In this document: piece by piece, positions 26,227 to 35,081 of the stretch | How the letters are laid out: each line of letters opens with the position of its first letter | Position numbering within the stretch: position 1 is the first letter of the stretch | Notes under the pieces: generated by a model | Database searches by the model: none | The model's input: only the letters and a program-made list of their open reading frames with translations | Told to the model about the DNA's origin: nothing | Source: a virus | Lineage: Duplodnaviria; Heunggongvirae; Uroviricota; Caudoviricetes | Reading direction: 5' to 3' (one strand) | DNA: 64,000 nucleotides | Virus record (IMG/VR): IMGVR_UViG_3300042472_000628 | Location: 101,455 to 165,454 of that record | Translations under genes and position numbers: made by a program

Positions 26227-26236
26227 CAACTTAAAG

Positions 26237-27133
26237 ATGATAACATTAGACTTAGTTAATCCAGAAAAATCAGACATTAAATACAAAATTAGTCAATTTC
26301 CAGATGGTCAACAAACAGTAGACCTTATTGATTGGAATGACTTAATGATATATGAAGATGCTGTAAAAATCAGTTCACGTTTAAATAGTTTTAAGGACTT
26401 AGAATTAATTATTTGTGCAACAGCAGCAATCAGAAATATTAAACCAAATCGAGAAATCGCACTTTACGTTCCATACTTCATGGGAGCTCGTTCAGATCGT
26501 AAATTTGTTGACGGTGGTGTTAACTATTTGAAACAAGTTATTTGTCCAATCATTAACTCTTTAAACTTCATAACAGTAATTACATTGGATCCACATTCAG
26601 ATGTTTTAGAAGCATGTTTAAATAACTATGAGAAAACAGATAATCATACAGTAGTTAAATATGCACTTACAGATATTGATAATAAGAGAGATGCTCAAGA
26701 AAGAATTTGTTTAGTAAGCCCAGATGCTGGTGCATACAAGAAAATCTTTGATGTTGCTAAGAAGTTTCAAATCCAAAATATTGTTACGGCAAACAAAGTT
26801 AGAGATATGAGAACTGGTAACATTCTTAAAACAGAAGTACCAAACTTACCAGGATCTATCGGAGACCCTAACTCAGTTAATGATGATATGAAATATGTAA
26901 TCATTGATGATATTTGTGATGGTGGTAGAACTTTTATTGAATTAGCTAAAGCTATTAAAGCAAGCAGACCAAGTGCTAAAATTTATTTAGTAGTTACTCA
27001 TGGAATATTTAGTGCTGGTTTTACAGAGCTAAACAAATATTTCGAACGTATTTACACAACAAATTCTCATAGAGATATTGCTGATAATGAATATGATGTA
27101 AAAACAAACACAACTGCATTTAAAGTAATATAA
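26237..27133 (+). CDS. ribose-phosphate pyrophosphokinase (PRPP synthetase) family protein; candidate ADP-ribose pyrophosphokinase of an NAD+ reconstitution pathway
   Basis: PRPP-binding loop VIIDDICDGGRTF, VSPDAGAYKK, overall Prs layout; start set at ATG 26237 (track start 26201 lies in the promoter). Confidence 0.6.
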   Translation: MITLDLVNPEKSDIKYKISQFPDGQQTVDLIDWNDLMIYEDAVKISSRLNSFKDLELIICATAAIRNIKPNREIALYVPYFMGARSDRKFVDGGVNYLKQVICPIINSLNFITVITLDPHSDVLEACLNNYEKTDNHTVVKYALTDIDNKRDAQERICLVSPDAGAYKKIFDVAKKFQIQNIVTANKVRDMRTGNILKTEVPNLPGSIGDPNSVNDDMKYVIIDDICDGGRTFIELAKAIKASRPSAKIYLVVTHGIFSAGFTELNKYFERIYTTNSHRDIADNEYDVKTNTTAFKVI

Positions 27134-27348
27134 TGTATACAATAGATTCTTTATTTACACAGCATGGTTACGTTATAGAAATAGAAGTAGACCGTACAAG
27201 TGCTCCAAAGTTTGCATTTGACATATACAAATATGAACACTTTGGTAACTATGAAAAAATTGAAGTAAGAGATTGGTATTTATACAGAACATGGCAAGAA
27301 GCATTCGATGCTGCCATTGAAGAACTAACACAATTAAATTTAATATAA
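27133..27348 (+). CDS. hypothetical protein
   Basis: ORF track. Confidence 0.4.
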   Translation: MYTIDSLFTQHGYVIEIEVDRTSAPKFAFDIYKYEHFGNYEKIEVRDWYLYRTWQEAFDAAIEELTQLNLI

Positions 27349-27349
27349 G

Positions 27350-27484
27350 ATGGCTAAAAAAGCAAAAGCAGTAGAAAAGCAAGTACAAGAAGTTATTGTA
27401 CTAGTACACGATCCAATCTTAGGTTCAAGATATGAATTAAGAGAAGTTGAAGTAGAAGAATCTGAAAACGAGGAAGCAGAGTAA
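27350..27484 (+). CDS. small acidic hypothetical protein (44 aa)
   Basis: Hand translation MAKKAKAVEKQVQEVIVLVHDPILGSRYELREVEVEESENEEAE. Confidence 0.3.
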   Translation: MAKKAKAVEKQVQEVIVLVHDPILGSRYELREVEVEESENEEAE

Positions 27485-27981
27485 TGGAATCTATTTACAA
27501 TAGAGAATATCGAATGTATGGATTGGTGCCTTATAATTTAAGCCCAATCCAACAAGGTATCCAATTTGGACATGCTGTTGTAGAATATGGACTTGACTTC
27601 TTTAATACTCCAGAATACCAAGAATGGGCGAAAATAGACAAAACATTTATTATTTTAAATGGTGGAACTACTAATGACAGTAGCATGAGATTAGGAACTC
27701 TTCAGCAAAACTATTTTGAATTAACAGATCGAGGTATTAAAGTTGGAGAATTTCATGAGCCAGATTTGGGTGATCAAATGACAGCTGTAGTTTTCTTAGT
27801 TGATGACAGAGCATTTGACAAAACCCACTGGCCTGATTATGTTGGTCCATATTATATAGATGGTACAACACCAATCGAAATGGATTATTATGAATGGAAG
27901 ATGAAATTTGCTGAAACAGAAAAGGAAGCAGATCAGATCATTTTCTTAAGAGAATTTTTAAAACGATTTAGACTAGCATAA
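27484..27981 (+). CDS. hypothetical protein; weak resemblance to peptidyl-tRNA hydrolase PTH2 family
   Basis: SPIQQGIQFGHAVVEYG resembles the PTH2 s-x-G-K-i-a-A-Q-x-x-H-A motif; tentative. Confidence 0.3.
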   Translation: MESIYNREYRMYGLVPYNLSPIQQGIQFGHAVVEYGLDFFNTPEYQEWAKIDKTFIILNGGTTNDSSMRLGTLQQNYFELTDRGIKVGEFHEPDLGDQMTAVVFLVDDRAFDKTHWPDYVGPYYIDGTTPIEMDYYEWKMKFAETEKEADQIIFLREFLKRFRLA

Positions 27982-28544
27982 TGGGAGAATTAAACAAATT
28001 TATGAAATCGATGATAGATGTTGATACAAATTATCAAGAAATAGAAGGTGATTTAATTGCACTAGCAAAACAGGGAAAGTTTGATGTAATTACACATGGT
28101 TGTAATTGCTTGTCAAATATGGGAGCTGGAATAGCACCGCAAATGGCAAAAGCGTTTGGAGTTGACCGTTTTGAAATGGAAACTTGGGGAGCAACCATTG
28201 AAAAGCTCGGATGTATCGATTGGCAAACATTCGTCATTGGTCAAAATACAATCTGGTCTTTAGAAGACGCCGATAATAAAAGGAATGAACCTGAATTATC
28301 AGTTGTAAATTCATACACTCAATTCAGATATGGTAAGAATCATACCGATGGAGTTTCAAAACCTTTAGATTATGAGGCATTAACTCTTTGTATGCGTAAG
28401 ATCAATTTTCAATTTGAAGGTAAACATATTGGATTGCCAAAGATTGGAGCAGGATTAGCAGGTGGAGATTGGAATAGAATTAAAAGGATTATTCAAACAG
28501 AATTAAAAGACATGAAAGTGTCGGTAGTAATTTATAAACCATAA
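27981..28544 (+). CDS. macro domain (ADP-ribose binding/processing) protein
   Basis: DVITHGCNCLSNMGAGIAPQMAKAFG and GLPKIGAGLAGGDW blocks align to the macrodomain N-A-A-N...G-G-G-V..A-I and P-x-I-S-t-G-x-y-G motifs. Confidence 0.5.
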   Translation: MGELNKFMKSMIDVDTNYQEIEGDLIALAKQGKFDVITHGCNCLSNMGAGIAPQMAKAFGVDRFEMETWGATIEKLGCIDWQTFVIGQNTIWSLEDADNKRNEPELSVVNSYTQFRYGKNHTDGVSKPLDYEALTLCMRKINFQFEGKHIGLPKIGAGLAGGDWNRIKRIIQTELKDMKVSVVIYKP

Positions 28545-28547
28545 GAA

Positions 28548-28757
28548 ATGAAAGATTTAATAGAAGCGCTAATCATATTAGCTAAATACATGGATCCTGA
28601 ACAAAAATGGCCTACTCATTGCGAACATGATGTTCTTTATGTTTGTCACATTGACGAAGAAGATGTATCCGAAGAGGACACGAAAAGATTAGATGAATTA
28701 GGATTTCATCCAAGCGAAGAAGGCGGATTTCAATCTTATAGATTCGGTAGTTGTTAA
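28548..28757 (+). CDS. hypothetical protein
   Basis: ORF track. Confidence 0.4.
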   Translation: MKDLIEALIILAKYMDPEQKWPTHCEHDVLYVCHIDEEDVSEEDTKRLDELGFHPSEEGGFQSYRFGSC

Positions 28758-29245
28758 ATAAGATGAAGGTTATTTTTCTAGATTTTGACGGTGTATTAAA
28801 TGTAATTCCTCAAGGACATGATGATTTCGGTGGAATATTCCATCCTGAATTTGTAGAAAATCTAGGTAGAATCATTGATGAAACCGGAGCAAAATTAGTT
28901 ATTAGTTCTTCATGGAGACACATGGGATTGGAAAGACTACATAGAATGTGGAAACAACGTCAATATCCTGGAGAAATAATTGGAATTACACCAGATCTTA
29001 GATGGAACCATGATTTAGAAGGTGGCCCAGAAATGGTTCGTGGAGATGAAATACAGTCAATTCTCGATAGACAACCTGAAATAACTAATTACGTTATTCT
29101 TGATGATGACACGGATATGTTAAAGAGTCAACGAATGAACTTTGTACAAACATCGACCAATATTAATCATCCAGATTGTATCGATATTGGTTATGGATTA
29201 ACTAAAGAATGCACAAATAGAGCAATAAGAATTTTAAACAAATAG
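28751..29245 (+). CDS. HAD-superfamily phosphatase
   Basis: Motif I FLDFDGVL, motif II ISSSW, motif IV ILDDD. Confidence 0.55.
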   Translation: MLNKMKVIFLDFDGVLNVIPQGHDDFGGIFHPEFVENLGRIIDETGAKLVISSSWRHMGLERLHRMWKQRQYPGEIIGITPDLRWNHDLEGGPEMVRGDEIQSILDRQPEITNYVILDDDTDMLKSQRMNFVQTSTNINHPDCIDIGYGLTKECTNRAIRILNK

Positions 29246-29248
29246 AAT

Positions 29249-29461
29249 ATGTCACAATCTTCACCAGAAGGAATAATTTTAGGAAAAGGTTCTAAATTAG
29301 TTTCATTTAAAGCTTCAATTGATAATGAAGTAGTTGTTAATATAGAAAAGGACAATGCTTTAGAAAAAGCCATTTCATTATTAAAACAAACAACCGAATA
29401 TGAAGTTTTAGAAAGTTTCAGAGAAAAGGTAAAAAATCTTGAACAATTTAAAAACAAATAA
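29249..29461 (+). CDS. hypothetical protein
   Basis: ORF track. Confidence 0.4.
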   Translation: MSQSSPEGIILGKGSKLVSFKASIDNEVVVNIEKDNALEKAISLLKQTTEYEVLESFREKVKNLEQFKNK

Positions 29462-29951
29462 TATGAAAGTAACAGATAAACATGTATTTTTCTGGAATGG
29501 AATTTACTCACAATGGCATAAAGCTCCAATGACAATTGACAAGATTGAATATAATTCATGTGAACAATATATGATGCATCAAAAGGCATTATTATTTGGA
29601 GATGATATTGTAGCAAGTTTGATTATGGAGGAAACGAATCCAAGAGAGCAAAAGAAATATGGTAGACAAATCCAAAACTTTGATAAAGCAACTTGGGATA
29701 AAAATTGTTTGGCAATTGTTTATGAAGGAAACTTGGCAAAATTCAGACAAAATGCTGGATTAAGAGAAGAAATGTTAAATACTGGTGATCGTATCTTTGT
29801 AGAGGCTTCTCCATTAGATAATATTTGGGGAATTGGTCTTGATGAAAATGCCGAAGGAATTGATGATCCATCATATTGGTTAGGTTTAAATCTTTTAGGA
29901 CAAGCATTAACTCTTGTAAAAAATCAATTAAGAAATGAGACAATCAGGTAA
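29439..29951 (+). CDS. NADAR (YbiA-like, DUF1768) domain protein
   Basis: FFWNGIYSQWH ... SCEQYMMHQKALLFGD ... NLAKFRQN ... NTGDRIFVEASPLDNIWGIG follows the NADAR family pattern. Confidence 0.55.
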   Translation: MNNLKTNNMKVTDKHVFFWNGIYSQWHKAPMTIDKIEYNSCEQYMMHQKALLFGDDIVASLIMEETNPREQKKYGRQIQNFDKATWDKNCLAIVYEGNLAKFRQNAGLREEMLNTGDRIFVEASPLDNIWGIGLDENAEGIDDPSYWLGLNLLGQALTLVKNQLRNETIR

Positions 29952-30219
29952 AACTACAAGATTAGTAGATGCTGCAGTTCAATATTTATTTGAACATGGA
30001 TATATTAAAATTTTAACAAACTTTGAAATATTCAATCAAAAATTCATGAGAGGTTATAGACCAGAGCAAGTTGATATGTTTTTAAGATTTATCGATCCAG
30101 ATACTAGACCAGACAATAGAGCACAACAGTATTTTATTGAAGCATTAGATAGAAGACTTGCAACTGAACACGGAGGAAGCACTGAAAGAATTAGTAGAAC
30201 AGAATTTAAAGTAATTTAA
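29935..30219 (+). CDS. hypothetical protein
   Basis: ORF track. Confidence 0.4.
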   Translation: MRQSGKTTRLVDAAVQYLFEHGYIKILTNFEIFNQKFMRGYRPEQVDMFLRFIDPDTRPDNRAQQYFIEALDRRLATEHGGSTERISRTEFKVI

Positions 30220-30371
30220 TATGAAAAGATTAGTAGAATTATTAGCACCATCATATTTAGGATTTGCTCTATCAGCATTTGCAAATATCAGCTGGTACCA
30301 ATGGGAATTTTATGCAATTATAGTTCCATTTTATATTTTAGTAAAAATAACGGATTTTAATAAAGACGAAG

Positions 30372-30947
30372 ATGAGTAGAACAGAATTTCATACCGGAAA
30401 ATTATATCCAGTCAAAATTGAGAAAAGTTTAGAAGAGACTTGTAGAAGTATTGCAAAACGATTTGATGTTGAATTAGGCGAGGATTGGCAAGAAGATTTT
30501 ATGGATGCTTTTGACGAGTACTCTAATAAAAGAAACAGTCAAAAGGAAGAGTATTTTATCTATGGAGAGAAACTTTATAGAGTTATCGATCATGTAGAAT
30601 CTGAAGATTCAGAATACTTTATGAATGTTACTAGAAATAGCGACGGAAGCCTTTCATTTATGGGACAATTCTATAATGGTGGTACATGCTTCTCTGAAAT
30701 GTTAGAAGAGTCTTTGGATAGATTGAAACCAACCTTTGTTGAACAAATCAAAATTGAAGTTGATAAAATTATCGAAGAGCATGGAGAAAAGATGCCTATA
30801 ACAGTTCCATCTGCAGCAACACTAATCATGAAATATCATGGTATTGAAAGAGCAAGAGAATTATTTGCCGGAGCTTCTAGAGAAACTGAAGGGGATCCAT
30901 TTAAACATTCGGCATATCAAGCAACTTTGCAAATCACTTTAAAATAG
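30372..30947 (+). CDS. hypothetical protein
   Basis: ORF track. Confidence 0.4.
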   Translation: MSRTEFHTGKLYPVKIEKSLEETCRSIAKRFDVELGEDWQEDFMDAFDEYSNKRNSQKEEYFIYGEKLYRVIDHVESEDSEYFMNVTRNSDGSLSFMGQFYNGGTCFSEMLEESLDRLKPTFVEQIKIEVDKIIEEHGEKMPITVPSAATLIMKYHGIERARELFAGASRETEGDPFKHSAYQATLQITLK

Positions 30948-31024
30948 TGAAACAAAATAAAAGTATTTAATATAATACTTATAACCAGCATCCAACTAAC
31001 GACGGTTGCACAATAACATATATT

Positions 31025-31870
31025 ATGAAAAACGATGCATTAGGCGATCGCATGAAAGAGTTCTACGAAGATAGAACTAGAATCAAACTCCCAAGGAGAA
31101 CATTTACAATTATCCGTATTGACGGAAAAGCCTTTCACACCTATACGAAAGGATTAGAGAGACCATTTGACCAAGGACTTATTGAAGACATGAATGCAAC
31201 TACTGCATATTTATGTAAAAACATTCAAGGTGCTAAATTTGGTTATGTACAATCAGATGAGATTAGTTTAGTTCTAACAGACTTTGATGACCTAGGAACT
31301 CACGCTTGGTTTGACAACAACCTACAAAAAATGGTATCAGTTGCTGCTTCTATGGCCACTGCAGAATTCAATAAACTTAGGTTAATGAGATACATGAAAA
31401 ATAGCATGATCTTTTTAGAACCGGAACATATTGAAAAATTCAAAATGGCTGAATTCGACGCAAGAGCATTTCAAATTCCATTTATTGATGAGGTAGAAAA
31501 CTATTTTATCTGGAGACAACAAGACGCTGTAAGAAATTCAATTTCTTCAGTTGCTCAAAGTCTTTATAGTACTAAAGAATTACATGGTAAAAAAACAAGT
31601 GACATGCAAGAATTGATCTTCCAAAAAGGAATCAATTGGAATGACTATGATTTTCGTCTAAAACGAGGTGCAGTAATTGCAAAGGTGGAAGTTCCAGTAC
31701 TTGTAAAAACCAAAGAGTTTATTAATGATGGTGAAACACATGTAATAGACCCTACTCAAATTGTAATGAGAAACAAATGGCAAGTTGTAGAAACTCCAAC
31801 ATTTACACAAGACAGATGGTTCATTAAAGGATTAATAAACCCAACTAAAAACATAGACAATGATAATTAG
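31025..31870 (+). CDS. Thg1-like protein (tRNA-His guanylyltransferase family; 3'-5' polymerase / tRNA 5'-end repair)
   Basis: N-terminal RMKEFYEDRTRIKLPRRTFTIIRIDGKAFH...RPFD...FGYVQSDEISLV parallels Thg1 FEYVRxFE...IVVRIDGKKFH...KPND...GESDEYSF. Confidence 0.6.
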   Translation: MKNDALGDRMKEFYEDRTRIKLPRRTFTIIRIDGKAFHTYTKGLERPFDQGLIEDMNATTAYLCKNIQGAKFGYVQSDEISLVLTDFDDLGTHAWFDNNLQKMVSVAASMATAEFNKLRLMRYMKNSMIFLEPEHIEKFKMAEFDARAFQIPFIDEVENYFIWRQQDAVRNSISSVAQSLYSTKELHGKKTSDMQELIFQKGINWNDYDFRLKRGAVIAKVEVPVLVKTKEFINDGETHVIDPTQIVMRNKWQVVETPTFTQDRWFIKGLINPTKNIDNDN

Positions 31871-32318
31871 AGAACAAATAAATGCAGACTTTATAACTGC
31901 AATGAAAGCAAAAGACGAAGTAGCCAAAATGGCACTTAATAGTATTAAAGCAGCAATCACGAATGCTGAAAAGGGAAATGGAACTTGGGTTGCAACGAAT
32001 GAAGAGGTTATTAAAATAATTAATAAAGGAATCAAGCAACGTGAGGAATCCATTAAAATGTATGATTTGGCAAATAGACCAGAATTGTCTAAAAAAGAAT
32101 CAGAAGAGTGTGCAATCTTAAGAAGATATATGCCAGCACAAATGGAACCTCAAGAAATTGTAGATGCTCTTACAGAAATTATGCAAGAATTTAGTGGAAT
32201 AGTTACAAATCCACAAGCATTACAAGGTAAAACTATTGGCGAATTTAACAAAAGATACCAAGGTCGTGCAGAAATCGGTATAGTTAAGAGTGTTTTAGCA
32301 AATCTTGTAGATTGTTAA
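31860..32318 (+). CDS. GatB/YqeY-domain protein
   Basis: Full-length match to the YqeY pattern (AMKAKD..., IKQREESIKMY, ILRRYMPAQM, GKTIGEFNKRYQGRAE). Confidence 0.55.
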   Translation: MIIREQINADFITAMKAKDEVAKMALNSIKAAITNAEKGNGTWVATNEEVIKIINKGIKQREESIKMYDLANRPELSKKESEECAILRRYMPAQMEPQEIVDALTEIMQEFSGIVTNPQALQGKTIGEFNKRYQGRAEIGIVKSVLANLVDC

Positions 32319-32324
32319 TAACTT

Positions 32325-32394
32325 TTTTAAAATAAATCACCTGATATTTTTTTATGTCAGGTTTTTTATGTATATTTACTCTATAATTAAAAAC
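32325..32394 (+). promoter_or_regulatory. conserved cassette 8 (degenerate TTGTTAATAACTTTTTT; hairpin acctga-T7AT-gtcaggt + T6; ATGTATATTTACTCTATAATTAAAA)
   Basis: Motif instance upstream of the NAMPT-like gene. Confidence 0.6.
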
Positions 32395-32403
32395 AATTAA
32401 TAT

Positions 32404-33984
32404 ATGAACCCATTATTTTTAACAGACGGTTACAAAACAGGACATCACCAACAATATCCAAAAGGAACAACGTTGGTTTATTCAAACTTCACACCTAGAA
32501 GTAATAAGTATGCTCCTAAAGGATGCGACCAATTAGTATCATTTGGACAACAAATGGTAATCAAACAAATTCACGAAGCATTTGACAAAGATTTCTTTAG
32601 CAAACCTAAAGATGAAGTTTGCGGCGAAATGAAACGTGAATTGTCAATGTACTTAAATACTGACTATGATGTTAGTCACTTTGAAGCATTACATGATTTA
32701 GGTTATTTACCAATCGTGGTAAAAACAATCGAAGAAGGTTCTTTAGTACCAATGAGAGTTCCTGTATTGACAATTTACAATACACATCCAGATTTCTATT
32801 GGATTACAAACTACTTAGAAACAATTATTTCTAACTTGTTATGGAAACCAATGACTTCAGCAACTATTGCACATGCTTACCGTAAATTATTTACATCATG
32901 GCAAGAAAAAACCGATGCTGAAAAAGGTTGGTTCGTAGATTGGCAAGCACATGATTTTTCAATGAGAGGTTTAGATTCTATTGATGCAACTATTAGTTCA
33001 GGATTGGGTCACTTAACAAGTTTCTCAGGTTCAGACAGTTTACCAGCAATCTTTGGAGCTCGTAAATTCTATGGAGAAACTGGATTTGTTGCTGGATCTG
33101 TGAATGCAACTGAACACTCAGTTATGTGTGCTGGATCTAAAGAAGATGAGGTTGGAACATTTAGAAACTTGATGGAAACATATCCAACAGGAATTCTTTC
33201 AATCGTATCAGATACTTGGGACTTATGGAAAGTTTGTACTGAACATATTGTTACCTTGAAAGAAGAGATTTTAGCTCGTGATGGTAAGGTAGTTATTAGA
33301 CCCGACTCTGGTGATCCAGTAGATATTATTTGCGGCGCAAGTGTTATTAAAACAAACGCGCACCATGATAATGATGTGGTTGCTTACTTAGGTGGAGTAG
33401 CAGAAGTTAATCCTACCGATGAATATTTAAACAAACCAGAAGTAAAAGGAGTTATTGAATTACTTTGGGATGTATTCGGTGGAACTATCAATGAACAAGG
33501 TTACAAAGTTCTTGATTCTCATATTGGAGCAATCTACGGAGATTCAATAACGTTAGATCGTGCAGAACAAATCTTTACAAGATTAGAAGCAAAAGGTTTC
33601 GCAAGTACAAATATTGTATTAGGCGTTGGAAGTTTTACATACCAATATAACACTAGAGATACTTTTGGTTTTGCAATGAAAGCAACTTATGTTGAAGTTA
33701 AAGAACATTTTAGAACTGTTAAAGACGAGAATGGTAACTATACACATTCAGAAGAAATCATCACAGGTCGTGAAATCTTTAAAGATCCAATCACTGATGA
33801 CGGTATTAAGAAATCTGCAAAAGGTTTATTAAGAGTTGCCGGAGACGAAACATGTTTCTTATTAGAAGATCAATGTACTTGGGAAAATGAAGCCACTGGT
33901 AAATTAAAAACTATCTATAAAGATGGCCAATTCGAAAACCAAACTACACTAACAGAAATTCGTGAACGTTTAACTAATTCATAA
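32404..33984 (+). CDS. nadV: nicotinamide phosphoribosyltransferase family protein (NadV/NAMPT-like); candidate nicotinamide ADP-ribose transferase if paired with an ADPR pyrophosphokinase
   Basis: N-terminus MNPLFLTDGYKTGHHQQYP and length 526 aa are diagnostic of the NAMPT family. Confidence 0.7.
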   Translation: MNPLFLTDGYKTGHHQQYPKGTTLVYSNFTPRSNKYAPKGCDQLVSFGQQMVIKQIHEAFDKDFFSKPKDEVCGEMKRELSMYLNTDYDVSHFEALHDLGYLPIVVKTIEEGSLVPMRVPVLTIYNTHPDFYWITNYLETIISNLLWKPMTSATIAHAYRKLFTSWQEKTDAEKGWFVDWQAHDFSMRGLDSIDATISSGLGHLTSFSGSDSLPAIFGARKFYGETGFVAGSVNATEHSVMCAGSKEDEVGTFRNLMETYPTGILSIVSDTWDLWKVCTEHIVTLKEEILARDGKVVIRPDSGDPVDIICGASVIKTNAHHDNDVVAYLGGVAEVNPTDEYLNKPEVKGVIELLWDVFGGTINEQGYKVLDSHIGAIYGDSITLDRAEQIFTRLEAKGFASTNIVLGVGSFTYQYNTRDTFGFAMKATYVEVKEHFRTVKDENGNYTHSEEIITGREIFKDPITDDGIKKSAKGLLRVAGDETCFLLEDQCTWENEATGKLKTIYKDGQFENQTTLTEIRERLTNS

Positions 33985-34256
33985 TGAACAGAAAAAATGT
34001 AACATTATTAATATTAATCTTTGCAGCGCTTGTAGCCTTTGTGGTTACAAGCTGCGAAGGTAATGTACAAGTTTCAACTCAACCGAATCCGCATCGAATG
34101 GAACTTGATAGTAATTCACAATACTCTGATCAAAATTATAGAGTCTACACTCTTGAAGGTTGTGAATATATTGTAGTCGGAATGGGTAATACTCAATGGG
34201 GATCCCATAAAGGAAATTGTAAAAATTCAATACACAAAGAAAATGGAAGTAATTAA
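33984..34256 (+). CDS. small lipoprotein / secreted Cys-rich protein
   Basis: Signal peptide LLILIFAALVAFVVTSC. Confidence 0.4.
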   Translation: MNRKNVTLLILIFAALVAFVVTSCEGNVQVSTQPNPHRMELDSNSQYSDQNYRVYTLEGCEYIVVGMGNTQWGSHKGNCKNSIHKENGSN

Positions 34257-34719
34257 ACCAGAACCAAAAAATGCATATTATAACGATCATCATGTTAAAA
34301 TATTTTTAGCAGGTTCTATTGAAATGGGAAAAGCAGAAGATTGGCAAGCAGTAATTCCTGAATTATTTAAAGATCGTCAAAACTTGGTTTTTTTCAATCC
34401 TCGTAGAGATGATTGGGATAGTTCATGGGAACAAAAAGAATCTAATCCACAATTCAGTGGACAAGTAAATTGGGAAATGAATAAGTTAGATGAATGCGAT
34501 ATTATTTTCATGTACTTTTCTCCAGAAACCAAGAGTCCAATCAGTTTATTAGAACTTGGTATGCATGCTGCATCTGAAAAAATGATTGTTTGTTGTCCAG
34601 ATGAATTTTGGCGCAAAGGAAATGTAGATATAGTTTGCAGTCGACACAACATTCCAGTCTATAATACTTTAGAAGGTGCAATTGGTAGATTAAGAACAGA
34701 ATTAAAAGACGTAGAATAA
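34243..34719 (+). CDS. nucleoside 2-deoxyribosyltransferase-like (DNPH1/Rcl family) protein
   Basis: VKIFLAGSIEMG N-terminus and ...ECDIIFMYFSPETKSPISLLELGMHAASEKMIVC core resemble the Nuc_deoxyrib_tr fold. Confidence 0.45.
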   Translation: MEVIKPEPKNAYYNDHHVKIFLAGSIEMGKAEDWQAVIPELFKDRQNLVFFNPRRDDWDSSWEQKESNPQFSGQVNWEMNKLDECDIIFMYFSPETKSPISLLELGMHAASEKMIVCCPDEFWRKGNVDIVCSRHNIPVYNTLEGAIGRLRTELKDVE

Positions 34720-34720
34720 T

Positions 34721-34999
34721 ATGAAAAATACATTAGGACTTATAAATTACGAAGGAGATTGTCTTAAATTAGTTAAAGACAATGATGCGCTTCATGTTAA
34801 AGATCAATATGGTCAAACTGTAATGCAGAATATTACAGTAGAAAGGATATATGAATTTATATCGGGTACCATAAGTATCACTGATAGTGAAGGTAAAGGT
34901 TGGTGGTTTACATTAGAACATGAGAACGCAAAACCATCACTTTTTAAAATACACGAATTCCTTAAAGACATTAACATTAAAATCTGCAAATGTTCGTAA
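34721..34999 (+). CDS. hypothetical protein (terminates inside the TGTTCGTAA motif)
   Basis: ORF track. Confidence 0.4.
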   Translation: MKNTLGLINYEGDCLKLVKDNDALHVKDQYGQTVMQNITVERIYEFISGTISITDSEGKGWWFTLEHENAKPSLFKIHEFLKDINIKICKCS

Positions 35000-35070
35000 C
35001 TTTTTAAAAAATAATCAGTCAAACATTTTTTTGTTTGGCTTTTTTTATGTATATTAGCCTTATAATTAAA
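34990..35070 (+). promoter_or_regulatory. conserved cassette 9 (TGTTCGTAACTTTTT; hairpin agtcaaaca-T7-tgtttggct; ATGTATATTAGCCTTATAATTAAAAG)
   Basis: Motif instance. Confidence 0.6.
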
Positions 35071-35081
35071 AGATAAACAAT

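Noticed and set aside
26201-26236. Upstream extensions of several ORFs (26201 for Prs-like, 16869 for the 16962 gene, 42759 for SPFH, 24945 for the 25086 gene, 1650 for the 1668 gene)
   Set aside because: The extensions run through promoter cassettes or overlap the upstream gene. Internal ATGs placed 10-15 nt after ATAATTAAAA or directly after the upstream stop fit the pattern seen at all other genes.
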